From NCBI GenBank assembly GCA_033442325.1, contig JAWQFM010000007.1, positions 1,778,019 through 1,831,210 of the forward strand: a stretch of 53,192 bases of DNA, given 5' to 3'. This stretch comes from Salpingoeca rosetta (lineage: Eukaryota; Protista; Choanoflagellata). The position numbers and the translations under genes were made by a program. Each line of letters opens with the position of its first letter. The stretch's first letter is position 1. Below, in pieces: positions 37,540-50,454 of this stretch. The notes under the pieces are model-generated. The model was not told the DNA's origin. It saw only the letters and a list, made by a program, of their open reading frames with translations, and ran no database searches.

Positions 37540-37553
37540 GCCTATTTATAGGC
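37540..37553 (-). promoter_or_regulatory. Palindromic GCCTATTTATAGGC element: TATA box (TATAAATA on -) overlapping a MEF2-type consensus CTA(A/T)4TAG
   Basis: Lies in a short AT-rich island about 210 bp upstream of the EF-hand gene ATG. Confidence 0.4.
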
Positions 37554-37565
37554 CGATATGGTGTA

Positions 37566-37678
<113 letters not shown>

Positions 37679-37886
37679 GTTGCGCACACTACGCGCGGTT
37701 CGCGCCACATCCTTACATCACTCCAAATGCACGTTGCTGCTCAGTTCAATTCTGTCGAAACGCAGCTGGGTGTTGTGATGATGGAATCACAAGCATACAG
37801 ACAAGCAAGTAAGCAAGTAAGCAAGCAAGCAAAAAGCAAGACGAGCAAGGTGTCCTGCTTGTTGTGTGTCGTTACTGCACTGGGAG

Positions 37887-38570
37887 TCAATCTGTGCGCT
37901 TGCTGCCGGCAATGTGCCACGTGGAAGGTGGCAACGTCTCCAAGCGACGGAACCACGGCGCCGCATACACATACCACAGCAGCCCTGTCGGGTGTGTGTG
38001 TGTAATGGTAAGAGTGTAGGGATAGCAGTGGGCATTGGTTAGAGCACGGCAAATGCAATAACAGGTGGTGGCATAACAGAAAAGAAAGGGAAGAGGAGCC
38101 ACAAAACGGTCACAGTGCAAAGGAAAGCCCGCTATTGCGCAAGCAGTCAACAGGAAGGGGTTCCCTCGCTTTAAGGCTGGCCAACACATAGGACAAACGG
38201 CAAGACAGCCGACGTACCGATAACGAGGGTGCCACTGGCCACAATGTAGAACCTTGGAAATGCAAGAAGAGTAACAAAGCGGTGGCAAAAGGAGTGAGGG
38301 CATGGGGAAAGGACATCGCAGCAAGCCAGCACCGCCACGATCACAACCACACCCACACAACACCTGCACCACCACCACCTGCACCACCACCACAACACCC
38401 GCACCTATTCTTGCGCTCTGAGCACACGTGCGCGTCCATGTCGGAGGTGCAGTCTGTGAGCTGTCCAATCAGCCACATGCTGCTGGTGGCGGGCCAGATG
38501 CCGCCCAGGTTCGTCAGCGTGTTTAGGAACGTCCTGGGGGAGGGTGTGTTTGATTGTGTGTGTGTTGTGT

Positions 38571-38631
<61 letters not shown>

Positions 38632-38770
38632 TGGGTGTGGGTGTGTGTGTGGGTGTGTGTGTGTGTGTGTGATCGAATGAACATGGTGATGATGGTCGCA
38701 AGAGTAAGCATACACACTTGTGAACAAACGTGTGCATTGATGCCAACACACACGCGCACCTTCTCACTAA

Positions 38771-38869
<99 letters not shown>

Positions 38870-38877
38870 CCTCCCTC

Positions 38878-38912
<35 letters not shown>

Positions 38913-39317
38913 CACATGTATGTGCCGCCGATGGAGGGGTCGCTGATTTGGCAGTAGAACTGCATCTGCAGGGTGAACATGGCCTGGGATAGTGCACTCG
39001 ACGTGAGGTTGAGCACCAGCAGCACCACCCACTCCATCATAGTCAGCGGCGCGTGCCCGCCCTCTGCCCGCGGCGCAAGATACACCTGCGCATACAGCGC
39101 CTGCAGGAGCCGCCACAACCAGTACATGTGCGCGCGCGCGTGTGTGTGTGTAGTGTAGTGTAGTGTAGTGCAGTGCAGTGCAGTGCAGTGCAAGGAAGGA
39201 AATGAGATGGACGTGCATCCCAAGGACGTGATATGCCCGGCGACGCAATCACTTTGGTCCGGCCAATGAGCACACATGCACACAAACGCACACACACACA
39301 CACACCCCCCCCCCCCC

Positions 39318-39360
<43 letters not shown>

Positions 39361-39591
39361 CCGAAAGTGCAAGCAACACAATGGCAAGACAACAGGCTGC
39401 AAGCACGGTGTCATTCAAGGTTCGCACAGCAAGTGGTTCAAACATACCCCACACAAGAGCAAGATGCCAAGACCAATGCGGATTGGATACAACTTTGTCC
39501 ACAGCGCCAGCCGCCGACCCGCAAACCGGCCCATCAGCGGCGGCACCAGCAGCTGGACCTGAGGTTGCGAGGAGGTGTGTGGAGGTGTACA

Positions 39592-39635
<44 letters not shown>

Positions 39636-39637
39636 CA

Positions 39638-39693
<56 letters not shown>

Positions 39694-40490
39694 TGGGTGT
39701 AAAAGGGTGGTTCATACACAGGGGAAATCAAAGCCCCTCACTGTCACACACACACAGAGGCAATCATAGGGACGCAGTCACACTCATATCTTCCCCATCG
39801 CCACTGGGCACGCACGGGAAAAGCGAGAGGTCCAAGAGCAGCAATCTCTGCCTTGGGCACGCCAAACTCCTGTTGTACATGATGTAGGGACAATACGTGG
39901 AAGGCCAAGTCAAAAAGAGTGTTGAGTGAAAGAGGCATCCATGAAGCAGCGACAACACAAATGTCAACAGAGAACACAGCAAGGGCAGTCGGTAGCGCGT
40001 GCAGGACAAGCAACGTTTATTTCCATCAGCACAACACGTGTCATCATTGCCACACCTGCAGCTTGAGAGCAAATGTCGACTCAAGGCAGACAAAGCCAAG
40101 ACGACACGTGAGGAGAAACAGGCCCAGCAGCTGCACCCTGTTTGAAATGGGAGACAAGACAACAAATGTGGCAGACAGGCATGTGATGTCGCATAATCAC
40201 CGATGAGGAAACGGCGGTGCACCAGCGAATAAGAAGGAAGGGAAGACGAGAAAGAGAAGAGAGAAGGGGGCGGTATGGCGAAGACAATACAAGACGTGGT
40301 GCTGATTCAGATGATATGGATGAAAGGGGTGATTGGGATGACTCGGACTCACGGGCGCAGGCTGAGCAGTTGTGTCAGCTTCACATACGATCCCGCGATG
40401 CTGATCTCAGCCTTGTGCTCTCTTGGAAACAGGAGGAGGGAGAGTGGGTACGTGGGTGGGTGGGAGAGAGACAGAGACAGGCAGAGAGAG

Positions 40491-40524
<34 letters not shown>

Positions 40525-40894
40525 TGTGATCAAGAGAGAGAGAGTGTGTGTGTGTGTGTGTGTGTGAGTTAGTGTGTATGTGTGTGTGTGTGTGCGAGTG
40601 TGAGTTACGCAATGAGTCCCTCACGTCGTGTCATAAACGCAGTCAGTGCAAGTCAAGGCACAGGTACGTGCGCTGTGTGACTCACCGTGTTGGCTCCTCA
40701 CGCTTGAATATGGCAACAATGATGGTGGTGACCAGAAACACAATGCCGAAGAAGACAAAGAAATCGCCTTGCAAGGGGTTGTTGATGATGGTGCCGTTGG
40801 AAGATGAAACAATGGCACCGACGTGAGTCACCCGAAGACGGCACATTACACAGCGCGTGATGTGCAGTCACTGACACACACACACGCACGCACG

Positions 40895-40943
<49 letters not shown>

Positions 40944-40976
40944 GCACGCACACACACACACACACACACACACGCA

Positions 40977-41008
<32 letters not shown>

Positions 41009-41557
41009 CACATACGCACGCACACACACACACATACGCACGCACACACCCAGGGTGACGAGCGGCTCATCGGAGGGAACGCTGCGAAAGTACTTGTTGC
41101 AGACGCTGGTGTCGTTGAGGGCGATGAAGAGAAGGTACGACGTGAAGTAACCTAGGCTCTGGCCAAGGGAGTTGCATATGGATGCCTTGTCAACATCGTT
41201 GTCGTCGAGCATGGTGAGCGCCCATCCATCCACGGCGATGTCTTGGGTTGCGCACAGAAAGTAGAGGACAAAGAAGATGGCGGTGATGGCGTGAATGTTG
41301 GGCTCGCTGGCGTTGAGCATGGCGTCGATGGGCTGAGCAGCCACCAGCATGAGCAAGCCAATCAGCAGCTGCGCCGGCACCAACCACGTCTTTCTCCTCC
41401 CAAACTTGCGCACGAACAGCCCATCCACTGTGCACCGTCAGCGTGTGCGATGGGAATGGTGATGGGATTGGCAAGAGGGGATGGGTGAGGGGGATGTGTG
41501 AGGGGGGTGGATGAGGGCGGGAGTTGCAGTGAACAAAGACACAAGCCGACTTCCAAG

Positions 41558-41591
<34 letters not shown>

Positions 41592-41946
41592 CACACCGAT
41601 GGGAGCCCAGAGGAGCTTGAGGGAGAAGGGCCAGGACGTGAAGCTGAAGAGGGCTTGGGAGCCGTAGTTGGTTGTCCGCTCCTGCAGCAACAACGGGATG
41701 CTGGCCGCCAGACCCCTATCGACGCGAACACACACACACACATACACACACACACACACACATGATTGCACAGTCAGTGAACCCGAAGCAGTTAACACGG
41801 AAGTCTGCACCCCAGCACACACACACGCACCCCTCCCCCAACCCCGCCCCCCTTGAGTGCAGTGTGCTCACGTACATGGGAATGCCCTGTAATGTGTACA
41901 GGAGCACCAGCAGTGCCATCTTCAGTTCGCGGTTCATCTTCTTCAT
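37887..41946 (-). CDS. SLC33A1: Acetyl-CoA transporter 1 (SLC33A1/AT-1, MFS AmpG-related), multi-exon
   Basis: Motifs [12 protein letters not shown] / [30 protein letters not shown] / [81 protein letters not shown], and C-terminal [23 protein letters not shown]. Confidence 0.92.
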
Positions 41947-42199
41947 GGCGGTGGTGGTGGTTGTTGTTGTGGTTGGCAGTGGAACGACGAATGACAACGA
42001 TGATGCTGACGTGTGCGGGTGAAGATCGTGACACACACAAATGACTGTTTTATTTGCTGGAACAAGGATGGAGAGGTTGACAAGGTGCACAGCCAAGCAA
42101 GCCAGCCATGAAGACGCACACGCACACAAGCAACGTGTTAACTCGGTGGCATGTGTGTATGTGGGTGTGTTTGTGTGGCTGCGGCAGGAATGGTCTGCA

Positions 42200-42362
42200 C
42201 TATGTGTCATGGACAATGAGGTATCTGTCGTCTCGTATCACGGCGACGCGGCGACGGCTCACATCCGGCACGTGCGCAGAGTAGTGCTTCCCCTCCGCAT
42301 CAACACTCACGCTGATCTTGCCCTGTGTGTGTGTGGGGGGGATTAGAGAGAGAGAGAGAGAC

Positions 42363-42409
<47 letters not shown>

Positions 42410-44747
42410 TGTGTGTCTGTGTGTGTAGTGTGTGTGTGTCTGTGTGTGTGTCTGTGTGTGTGTGTGTGTGTGTGTGTAGTGTGTGTCTGTGTGTGTGCGT
42501 TGAGACGCAGCATCATACGCAGCATCATTCAACAAGATGAAAAAACATCTGGCCAATCACCCTTCCCCCCCCCCACCACCATCGCTCATATCACGACCAC
42601 CATGGCCATGAAAGACGTACAGTGCATCCGCGTGTGAGGGCGCCTGGTATTGGCGTGTATTGCTCGACTTCGGCCAAATCCGCCGAGTAGCGGTCACTCT
42701 TCATCTTGAATGACAGCTGTCCACCGTGGCGTGCATGTGTGTGTGTGTGTGGGGGGGGGGGGGTGGTGCAGGAAGAACACGCAGTACCAGCGAGCATGTG
42801 CATCAACAGACGTACAAAGAAACGTGTACCAACGCTTACCTCTGCATAGTACAGCTGCATGGCAAGGAAGCGGATCGTCCACTGCATTCAACCCCACGCC
42901 GTCAAGGTGAGCGACGAACAGGCTCATACACACCACACACATCACAACAACCCACGCAAACAGCACATACACATGCACATACACACGCGCACAAGCATGC
43001 ACATGATGAAAGGGGGGGGGGGCGTACGTCGGGGTCTTTGACGGCGCTTGTGCCGTTGACGTGTGTGTCTGCAAACTGAAGATACGCCCAGTACTCTGGT
43101 CGGTGAATGGCCACCTTGTACGTTGGCGCAAGCACCCAGTTGTCTTCAGGTGTGTTTGGCACCTGCACAGCGCAGCAACGCGTGGTGAAGTGACGTGAGG
43201 GAATGACGTGAGGGAACAAATCAAAGCACAAAAGCATACAGTCATGTATGACATGGCATGGCATTGACAAACATCACACACACGCACACACGCACACACG
43301 CACGGCCGCACCGAGCGCGCACACACACACACACACACACACAAAACATGCACCCACACGCAAAGCATGCACACGCACTCAGAACATACACACGCACACA
43401 ACATGCACACGCACTCAGAACATACACACGCACTCAGAACATGCGCACATACACGTACCTTTGAGTAGTGTGATCCGTTCTTGAAGACGTGCCACTCGAC
43501 ACGGCTGAAATTGATGCGCCAGTATTCGCCAGGTGTTGGCGGGACGTTGGCGGTGGTGTTGTACGCGAGCGCCGTGAGCGGAAACGCAATCTCCACAGTC
43601 CAGTACTTGTCCACCACGTTCACGTCGTTGAGCACGCCGTCGACGTACACGCCAGACCGCAAGCCTGGGTCGTCCCACCTGCCCACAGGCAGCAGGGTAC
43701 CACCGGCACCCACGTGAGTGATGTGAGCTCATAATGGCAGGGCGGAGGCAGGGTGGAGTGGTATCACACGCAGCGAAACGAAGAAGAAACAAAGGAGGAA
43801 AACCGAAGCCTTGTTGTCGAGTGCGCGTCGAACAATGAGCGGGTGACACGGCAAAACAGCATACATATATGGGGCACTGCTTGAGTGAATTGACGCTCAA
43901 TTGCAACCACGCACCCGTGCTTGCCAAAGACGCGGCTGCTGTTTTCATAACCGTTGTTGGCGTAGGGCTTGTTCAAGCACAGCGACCAGGTTGTGTTGAG
44001 CGCATTCATCTCAAACTCCTTGTAGTAGTGGCTCGTCCCATCCGGGCAGACAAACACCTGGCGACGTGCGTGTGTTTGTTTGTTTGTTTGTGTGTGTGTT
44101 TGTTTGGTTGGTTGTGTGTGTGTGTTTGTGTGTGTGTGAGCGCGCGTGTATGCGAGAGTGAGTGAGTGAGAGTGTGTGAGCACGTGTGTTTGTTTGTTTG
44201 TTTGTTTGTTTGTTTGTTTGTTTGTTTGTTTGTTTGTTTGTTTGTTTGTTTGTTTGTTTGTTTGTTTGTTTGTGTGTGTGTGTGAGTGTGAGCGTGTGAG
44301 TGTGAGCGTGTGTGTTTTTGTGTGCGTGTGTGTGTATGCGAGAGTGAGTATGGTAAACATAGGACAAATGAATGGATCAATGGGGTGGTGATGACGAATG
44401 TCTGGTGACGTTGCCATCACTGGTGCAATTGCCTGCCAGTTTGTATCCTTGCAGATGCGCGAGAATATAGCACCACCAAGTCTGCGTCCAAACTCCAGTA
44501 CCTCGAAATCGTTGTCGTGAAAGATGACCGAGTCGTGCTTCGTGAGCGTTGCCCTGATACACAACGTTGGGGGTTGAGTTATAGACAGTGAGTGTGAGTA
44601 AGTGAGTGAGTGAGAGAGTCAGTGGGTATGTGTGTGTGAGTGAGTCAGTGAGTGGGTATGTGTGTGTGTGTGAGTGTGTGAGTGAGTGAGTCAGTGAGTC
44701 AGTGTGCACACACACACACGCGCGCACACAGAAACACACAAGCACAA

Positions 44748-44778
<31 letters not shown>

Positions 44779-45252
44779 TGCACTAACACTCACGCACGCA
44801 GACAACACGTGCACTTCCACAATGCACGCACATGCACGAACACATGCACACATGCTGACAGACCAGATTTGAGGCTCCTGCAGGTAGGCCCCGATGTAGA
44901 GGTGCTTGTCGTCCCAGCGGATCTTGGCGGCCGTCTTGAAGCGTGGCGTCGGGAAATCCGGGCCCGAAATGTCGAGAAAGTCGCGCGTCCACGCCACCTC
45001 CTGCCACAGCGGCTCGTCCAGCGATCCATCAATCACGGGCGCCTCGCTGGTCTTGTACGTCACGTACTGATACGGGTAGTGGCTCTCGAACGAGCAATTG
45101 CTGTTGTCGCGCACAAGCCGTGCAAGGACCGGTTCACTGCTTGAGGAGGAGGAGGATGCACTCACTGCGACAGCGGCAGCATCCAGCCCACAACAACAAC
45201 AACACCATGCCACAAACACAAACACAAACACAAACACACGAACAGCAGTCAT
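42200..45252 (-). CDS. Secreted carbohydrate-binding family 9-like (CBM9/DOMON-like) protein, bacterial-type, multi-exon
   Basis: Hydrophobic signal-like start MTAVRVFVFVFVFVAW. Then APVIDGSLDEPLWQEVAWTRDFLDISG..PRFKTAAKIRWDDKHLYIGAYLQEPQIW / ATLTKHDSVIFHDNDFE / VFVCPDG..YYKEFEMNALNTTWSL / WTVEIAFP..PGEYWRINFSRVEW / EDNWV..IHRPEYWAYLQF. The last exon ends VIRDDRYLIVHDT*. Confidence 0.85.
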
Positions 45253-46093
45253 CAGAGTGCACGACACACAAAAAAAAACACACAAGAAGCAAGCACACCA
45301 CAACAACAACAAGACGGGCACTCCTTTGTGCATCGAATCAAATTTTTGTTGGCCCACGAACAGCCGCCAAAAGAAGAGAAAAGGGACAGACAAGCACGAG
45401 AGCAGCAGCAGCAGCATAAGAGAAAGAGAGACAAGCAGACAGAGACGACAGGGGAAGAGACAAGAGGCAGCGTGAAGGGCACGATCAGGTGCAGTCACGA
45501 TCAGGTGCAGTCGGCGAGGGTGACAGTCGGCAAATCCAGAGTCCAAGTAGAAACGAAGAAACGAGGAACCAATGTGCATGCGTGGTGTGTCTGTGAGTAA
45601 GTGTGGGTGCAAGCATGTGCATGTGCATGTGCATGTGTGTGTGTGTGTGTGTGATCATTTGAGTGAGAGGAGTTGGTGTTGTTGCAAGGTAGCAAGGTGC
45701 TTACCTTCCTCGCCGAGGCGAGGATGGCTCGTTGGTTGGGACGCCAAAAATGGCACCATACCAACTCACCAAAACAAAAAAAGGAGGGGAAAAAAGTGAG
45801 TGTCAGCCGTCCACTTCCGGGACTGACTGGTACCTAAGAGAGAGAAAAAAAAGTGTGAGGGTGTGGGGGGCTTAGTACATGTGCATGTGACCGAATGTAC
45901 ATGTGTGTGGTGGTGGGGGGGGGGTTGTGTGCGTGTGTCTTACCTTAATCAGTGCTGAAAGCACTTTTGGGAGGCCCGCGATGTGTTGCCACCACCACCA
46001 CAGCGGTGGTGGTGGTGTGTGTGTATGTGTGTGTGTCTGGGGTGGTGTTGGTGTTGGTGGTGAGGGAGAAATGACAACGGCCTCTTTTCTCCG

Positions 46094-46178
<85 letters not shown>

Positions 46179-46180
46179 AC
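46094..46180. repeat. (CAA)n microsatellite, intergenic
   Basis: Read directly. Confidence 0.95.
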
Positions 46181-46619
46181 AAACAAACAAAACACACACA
46201 CACACTGGCTGGCTGCTAGGGTTTTCTCAGCAAAGTTTCTTCCCCCATTTAACCAATCACCTGCGACAAGACAGAAGACACGCCCATCTGTCGAAAGTTT
46301 GCCAATTACAAAGCGGCAAGCGGGAGCGGCATTGACAGATTATCGTCAACGCGCCATTCACAGCCACGCCCCCTTTACCAACATTTTACCACCTGTCTTT
46401 CGGTTGGAGGTACGCCACTGCCTTTGCACAAAAGCCAAAGCTCGAGCTGTCGAGCTTTGTCAGGTATTGTTGTGGTGTCCCATTCTAGCATTCTGAGCTT
46501 TCTGTGCATTGTGTGTCAAATCATGTCACATCAACACGTTGCCTTTCATCTTTACTCAAGGACCTAAGGACACAAGGCACATGCAGAACCACAGTGCAGC
46601 AGCAGTAGCGGTAAGTTTA

Positions 46620-49334
46620 ACACACGCCTACACAACAACACAGGCAACCAGGGTGCACTGAACGGCCCGCCAACTGCAGCGCGCACTCGCACAACGCACA
46701 ACGCAGCGGACGGCCACAAGAACCCATGACAACAGCGTACACCGCATCGTTCCCGGCGAGCGGCAGCCACTCAAACAGGCAGGCCGTCGCGTTGACGCGC
46801 ACATGCACCTCATTTAGCGCTGTCACCGGGCAGCCGGCAGCGTCGTCACCAGCGCAGGTGCACTGAACGGTCCGGCCACGGCACTCGTCACACCGCGCAC
46901 GCTCACGTTGTACGGCGTGGCCGGGCGAAGGTCACTGCTCGTGTATTCCCTGGCGTTGGTGTTGATGGTGGCGTTGGTGGTGGTGTTGTTGTTGTTGGTG
47001 GTGGTGGTGTCGCCGTTGGTGGGGAGCGTGATGATGCGAGTGAGGGGCCGGCGGCCAGGGGTTTCCATGCGCGTCTCCACGATTTGCACATCATACGCCA
47101 CGATGCGGCCGTTGGCGGGGGTCGGGGCGTTGATGTTCACCCGCACAGCGCGCTGCCGCACCTCCAGCACCAGCGGAGCGGCGGGTCTGCTCGGCACATC
47201 CTCTGCAGTCACAACACCTGCTGTTGTAAACCCGCTCACCCCGCGACCGTGCACAGCGCGCACACGCACGTCGTAGGCGGTGAACGGAAGCAGGCCGGTG
47301 ATTGTGGCGTGCAGCGGTGTTGCCAGCTCGTCCATACTCGCGGGCTCGTGATCAAGATAGCGACTGCACATGGGGGAGGCGTGCGTGGGTGTGATTTTGG
47401 GGGAAGGGAGGCGTGTGAGGCCAATAGTAGAGAGAGAGAGAGAGCGAGCAAAGATGAAGGAGGCGTACTGTGTGCATGGATCATGTTTGGTGTGGATGTG
47501 TGCAGCAGAAATGACGCACACGGGAAGTGCACACATGAACGTTGAGATTCGAATGGGATATGAACGTGCTCTCACACACACACACACATGCGTATATACA
47601 TACACACATACACACACATGCATATATACATACACACATACACACACAACGCACACTCAAACTCGCACTCCCCTTCACCACACATACACATACACTCAAA
47701 CTCACACTCCCCTTCACCACACACACACACACACACACTGAGCCTCTTGTCACATACTCGCCACTGGTTGTGCGGGAGCGGTGTGCGCGTGTCACCAGGA
47801 GGGAACGAGGTATTGGCACATGTGATGGGGAGCCACGCGTCCGTGGTGTTGTGCAGGCGGATATCGAGCGTGTAGTAGTCGATGGGAGCAAAGTTACCGT
47901 GGGGCCGCGGCCACGCAGCGGTGGCACTTGTCGGTGCTGCCGATGTCACGTTGAGTGTGGATGGCGCATCAGGATCAACTGCACGTCGGGGTATGTGTGT
48001 GCGTGTGTGTGCGTGTGCGTGGGGTTACGTGTGTCAGTGTGTCCGTGTGCGCACGTATCTGTGAAGGGATGGGTGACGCTGGTGCTCGCAAGGACAAACC
48101 CCATGAGTAAAGGCGTGTGCATGCGTAGTCTGTCTGAGCAAGCAAGTGCACGTATCATGTCCTCATGCAGTGCGTGTGTGCGGGCGTGTACGTGTGTGCC
48201 GTGTGCCTCATGCGGGTAGACATGCCACACCTCGGGTGCAGATGGTGATTGTCCCCGTTGTGTCTGCGATGAGGTGACCAGCCACCCTTTGCGGGCGGTG
48301 CATGCGACAAAGGGGAGGTCTTGTACAATGGAAACAGCGTCTCGGAACCACTCCATGCCACAACAGTACCACGGGTTGTCGCGCAAGTACCTGCAGCGTT
48401 GCAAGCAGCCAGCCATCATCGTGTATGTGAGTGGCTGACAAAAGCAAGACAACTTCGCAATGGCGTGGTGCTCCAGGCACGACAACTGTCGAGGTGCATC
48501 GTACAGCTGTGTGAGGTTGGCCCAGCGTGTGTCGTTGTTGTACACCAGCATCTCCAGCGTGTTGTTGTTCAGTCGCCTGTGTGTGTGTGTGGGGGGGGGT
48601 GTGTGAGTGTGTGTGTGAGAGGCTATGATATGAATGCAGATAGGATGAGCAAGGAAACTTGGTGCAAGGCTGCGTTTGTGGACGTGGATGTGGATGTGGA
48701 CTGTCGGTGTTTAGGGGGTGTGCACGCACGTGTGCCATGTGTGTGTGTTCAGTGAGGGGTGCTTTCGTTCTCGTCGTCTTCATGTGCACGTACAGGATGC
48801 TGAGTGGATTGTTGCCGATGATGTCAATGGAAAACGATGCCAGCCGGTTGTCGGCCAGTCTCCTGTCATTTGTCACGCAGGCGCACGTGTTGTGAAGATG
48901 AAGACACGTCAGCACATGCACATGAGTAAGTTTGTAGCAGAAACGTACACAAAGCGAGTGTGCAGGGGTTAGGAAGGTGTGGGCAAGGAATGACGTCGTG
49001 CTGAAATACACGCGCATGCACACACACGCATACATGCAGGGGCAAACACACACACACACACATACACACGGGCGCGCACACACACACCTTTGTTGTGCTA
49101 TGCGCCACTTGGAAGATTCCTGCCACGTAGCGCCCGCAAGCGTCTGACGTGACTGTCCGTTTGATGTTGCGGCAAGTATGCACGCCGTGCTGATTGACTG
49201 CAAACCGCTGGGATGCATCGTGCTGGTACAGCAGAAGTGATGTGTCACCCAAGTGGGAGCGGGACGCTAGTGTTCATGTTCACGGCCCCGTTGCTGCACA
49301 GGACATGAATGGCGAAAGTGTTTGAAGCGTACAC
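46620..49334 (-). pseudogene. LRR + LRRCT + fibronectin type III cell-surface protein gene with apparent frameshifts (pseudogene or sequencing errors); 5' end interrupted by the gap
   Basis: Short phase-2 LRR exons (RLADNRLASFSIDIIGNNPLSIL; RLNNNTLEMLVYNNDTRWANLTQL) and LRRCT YLRDNPWYCCGMEWF. FN3 repeats include PDAPSTLNVTSAAPTSATAAWPRP, ITGLLPFTAYDVRVRAV and DLRPATPYNVSVRGV. Frame breaks occur near 49255, 48294 and 46828. Confidence 0.7.
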
Positions 49335-49495
49335 CTGCGTGCATGGAAGAGGAAAGAAGAAAGGGGGGGGGGGTGAAGGACGAAGAAGGTTGAGTAGGTG
49401 GAGCGAGAGTAAATGAGAGTGTGTGTTGTGCTGTGCTGTGTAGTGTAGTGTGGTCCAATTAGTGTAGTGTAGTGTAGTGTTGTGTAGTGTTGTGT

Positions 49496-49595
49496 NNNNN
49501 NNNNNNNNNNNNNNNNNNNNNNNNNNNNNNNNNNNNNNNNNNNNNNNNNNNNNNNNNNNNNNNNNNNNNNNNNNNNNNNNNNNNNNNNNNNNNNN
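49496..49595. other. Assembly gap (100 N)
   Basis: Run of N. Confidence 1.
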
Positions 49596-50018
49596 GGAAA
49601 GATGAAAGGGGTCGTCAAGGACGAAAAAGGTGTAGTAGGTGATCCGCGAGTAAATGAGAGTCTGTGTTTTGCTCTGCAGAATAGAGCACCGTTTGCAGTC
49701 TATAGTAGAATCGGTTCGTGACGCGTCGCTCTATGTAGTTTTGTGTATTGTTGGTTCTGTTGTGTTGTGTTGTGCGAGAGAGAGTGTGTGTGTTATAACA
49801 TTGCGTCCATGAGTCCCTCGGCACACCATGTGTTCTTGTCCCTCTGGCTTGGGGGGTGGGTGCGTGTGTGTGTGTTTTCTTTTTGATTCCACACAAAACA
49901 CGCGCTCTGTTACGAGGAGTGCAGGCAGCAGTGAGTATGGATACAGACACAGACACCAATGCAAACATTGTGGGGTCAGTGGCAATGAAAGAGGCAGAAA
50001 ACGGAGAGAGAGACTCGT

Positions 50019-50086
<68 letters not shown>

Positions 50087-50454
50087 ACACAGACGTACAC
50101 AGACGTGCAGAAGCTCACGCTCACACGAACAAGCACAAACACACACGCGCGCCTGCATGCATGTGCCTCACTAACCGAGACGTGTCGTGAAATTCGTCAC
50201 TGGCTGGGCAACTCAATACGGTGCTCCGATGTTGGTCGCGAAATAGATGCAAGTCTCGCAGAAGTCAAAACGGTGCTGGACTCAATAATTTTACCAATCG
50301 CCAACAGCGGCAGCAGCTCATGCACTTGCCATGTTTGGCAATGACGCCATGTGAGTGTGGCAACGATCAGTTGGCAGGGTGCACCATCACATTTCACGGT
50401 GAACAGTACACGCAACACGCATTCCAACACCAACACACTGTTCTGCAATCAACG

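Noticed and set aside
45812-45821. ETS-like motif CCGGAAGTG on the - strand upstream of the CBM9-like gene
   Set aside because: It is a single short match, and ETS factors are considered animal-specific, so chance occurrence is likely.
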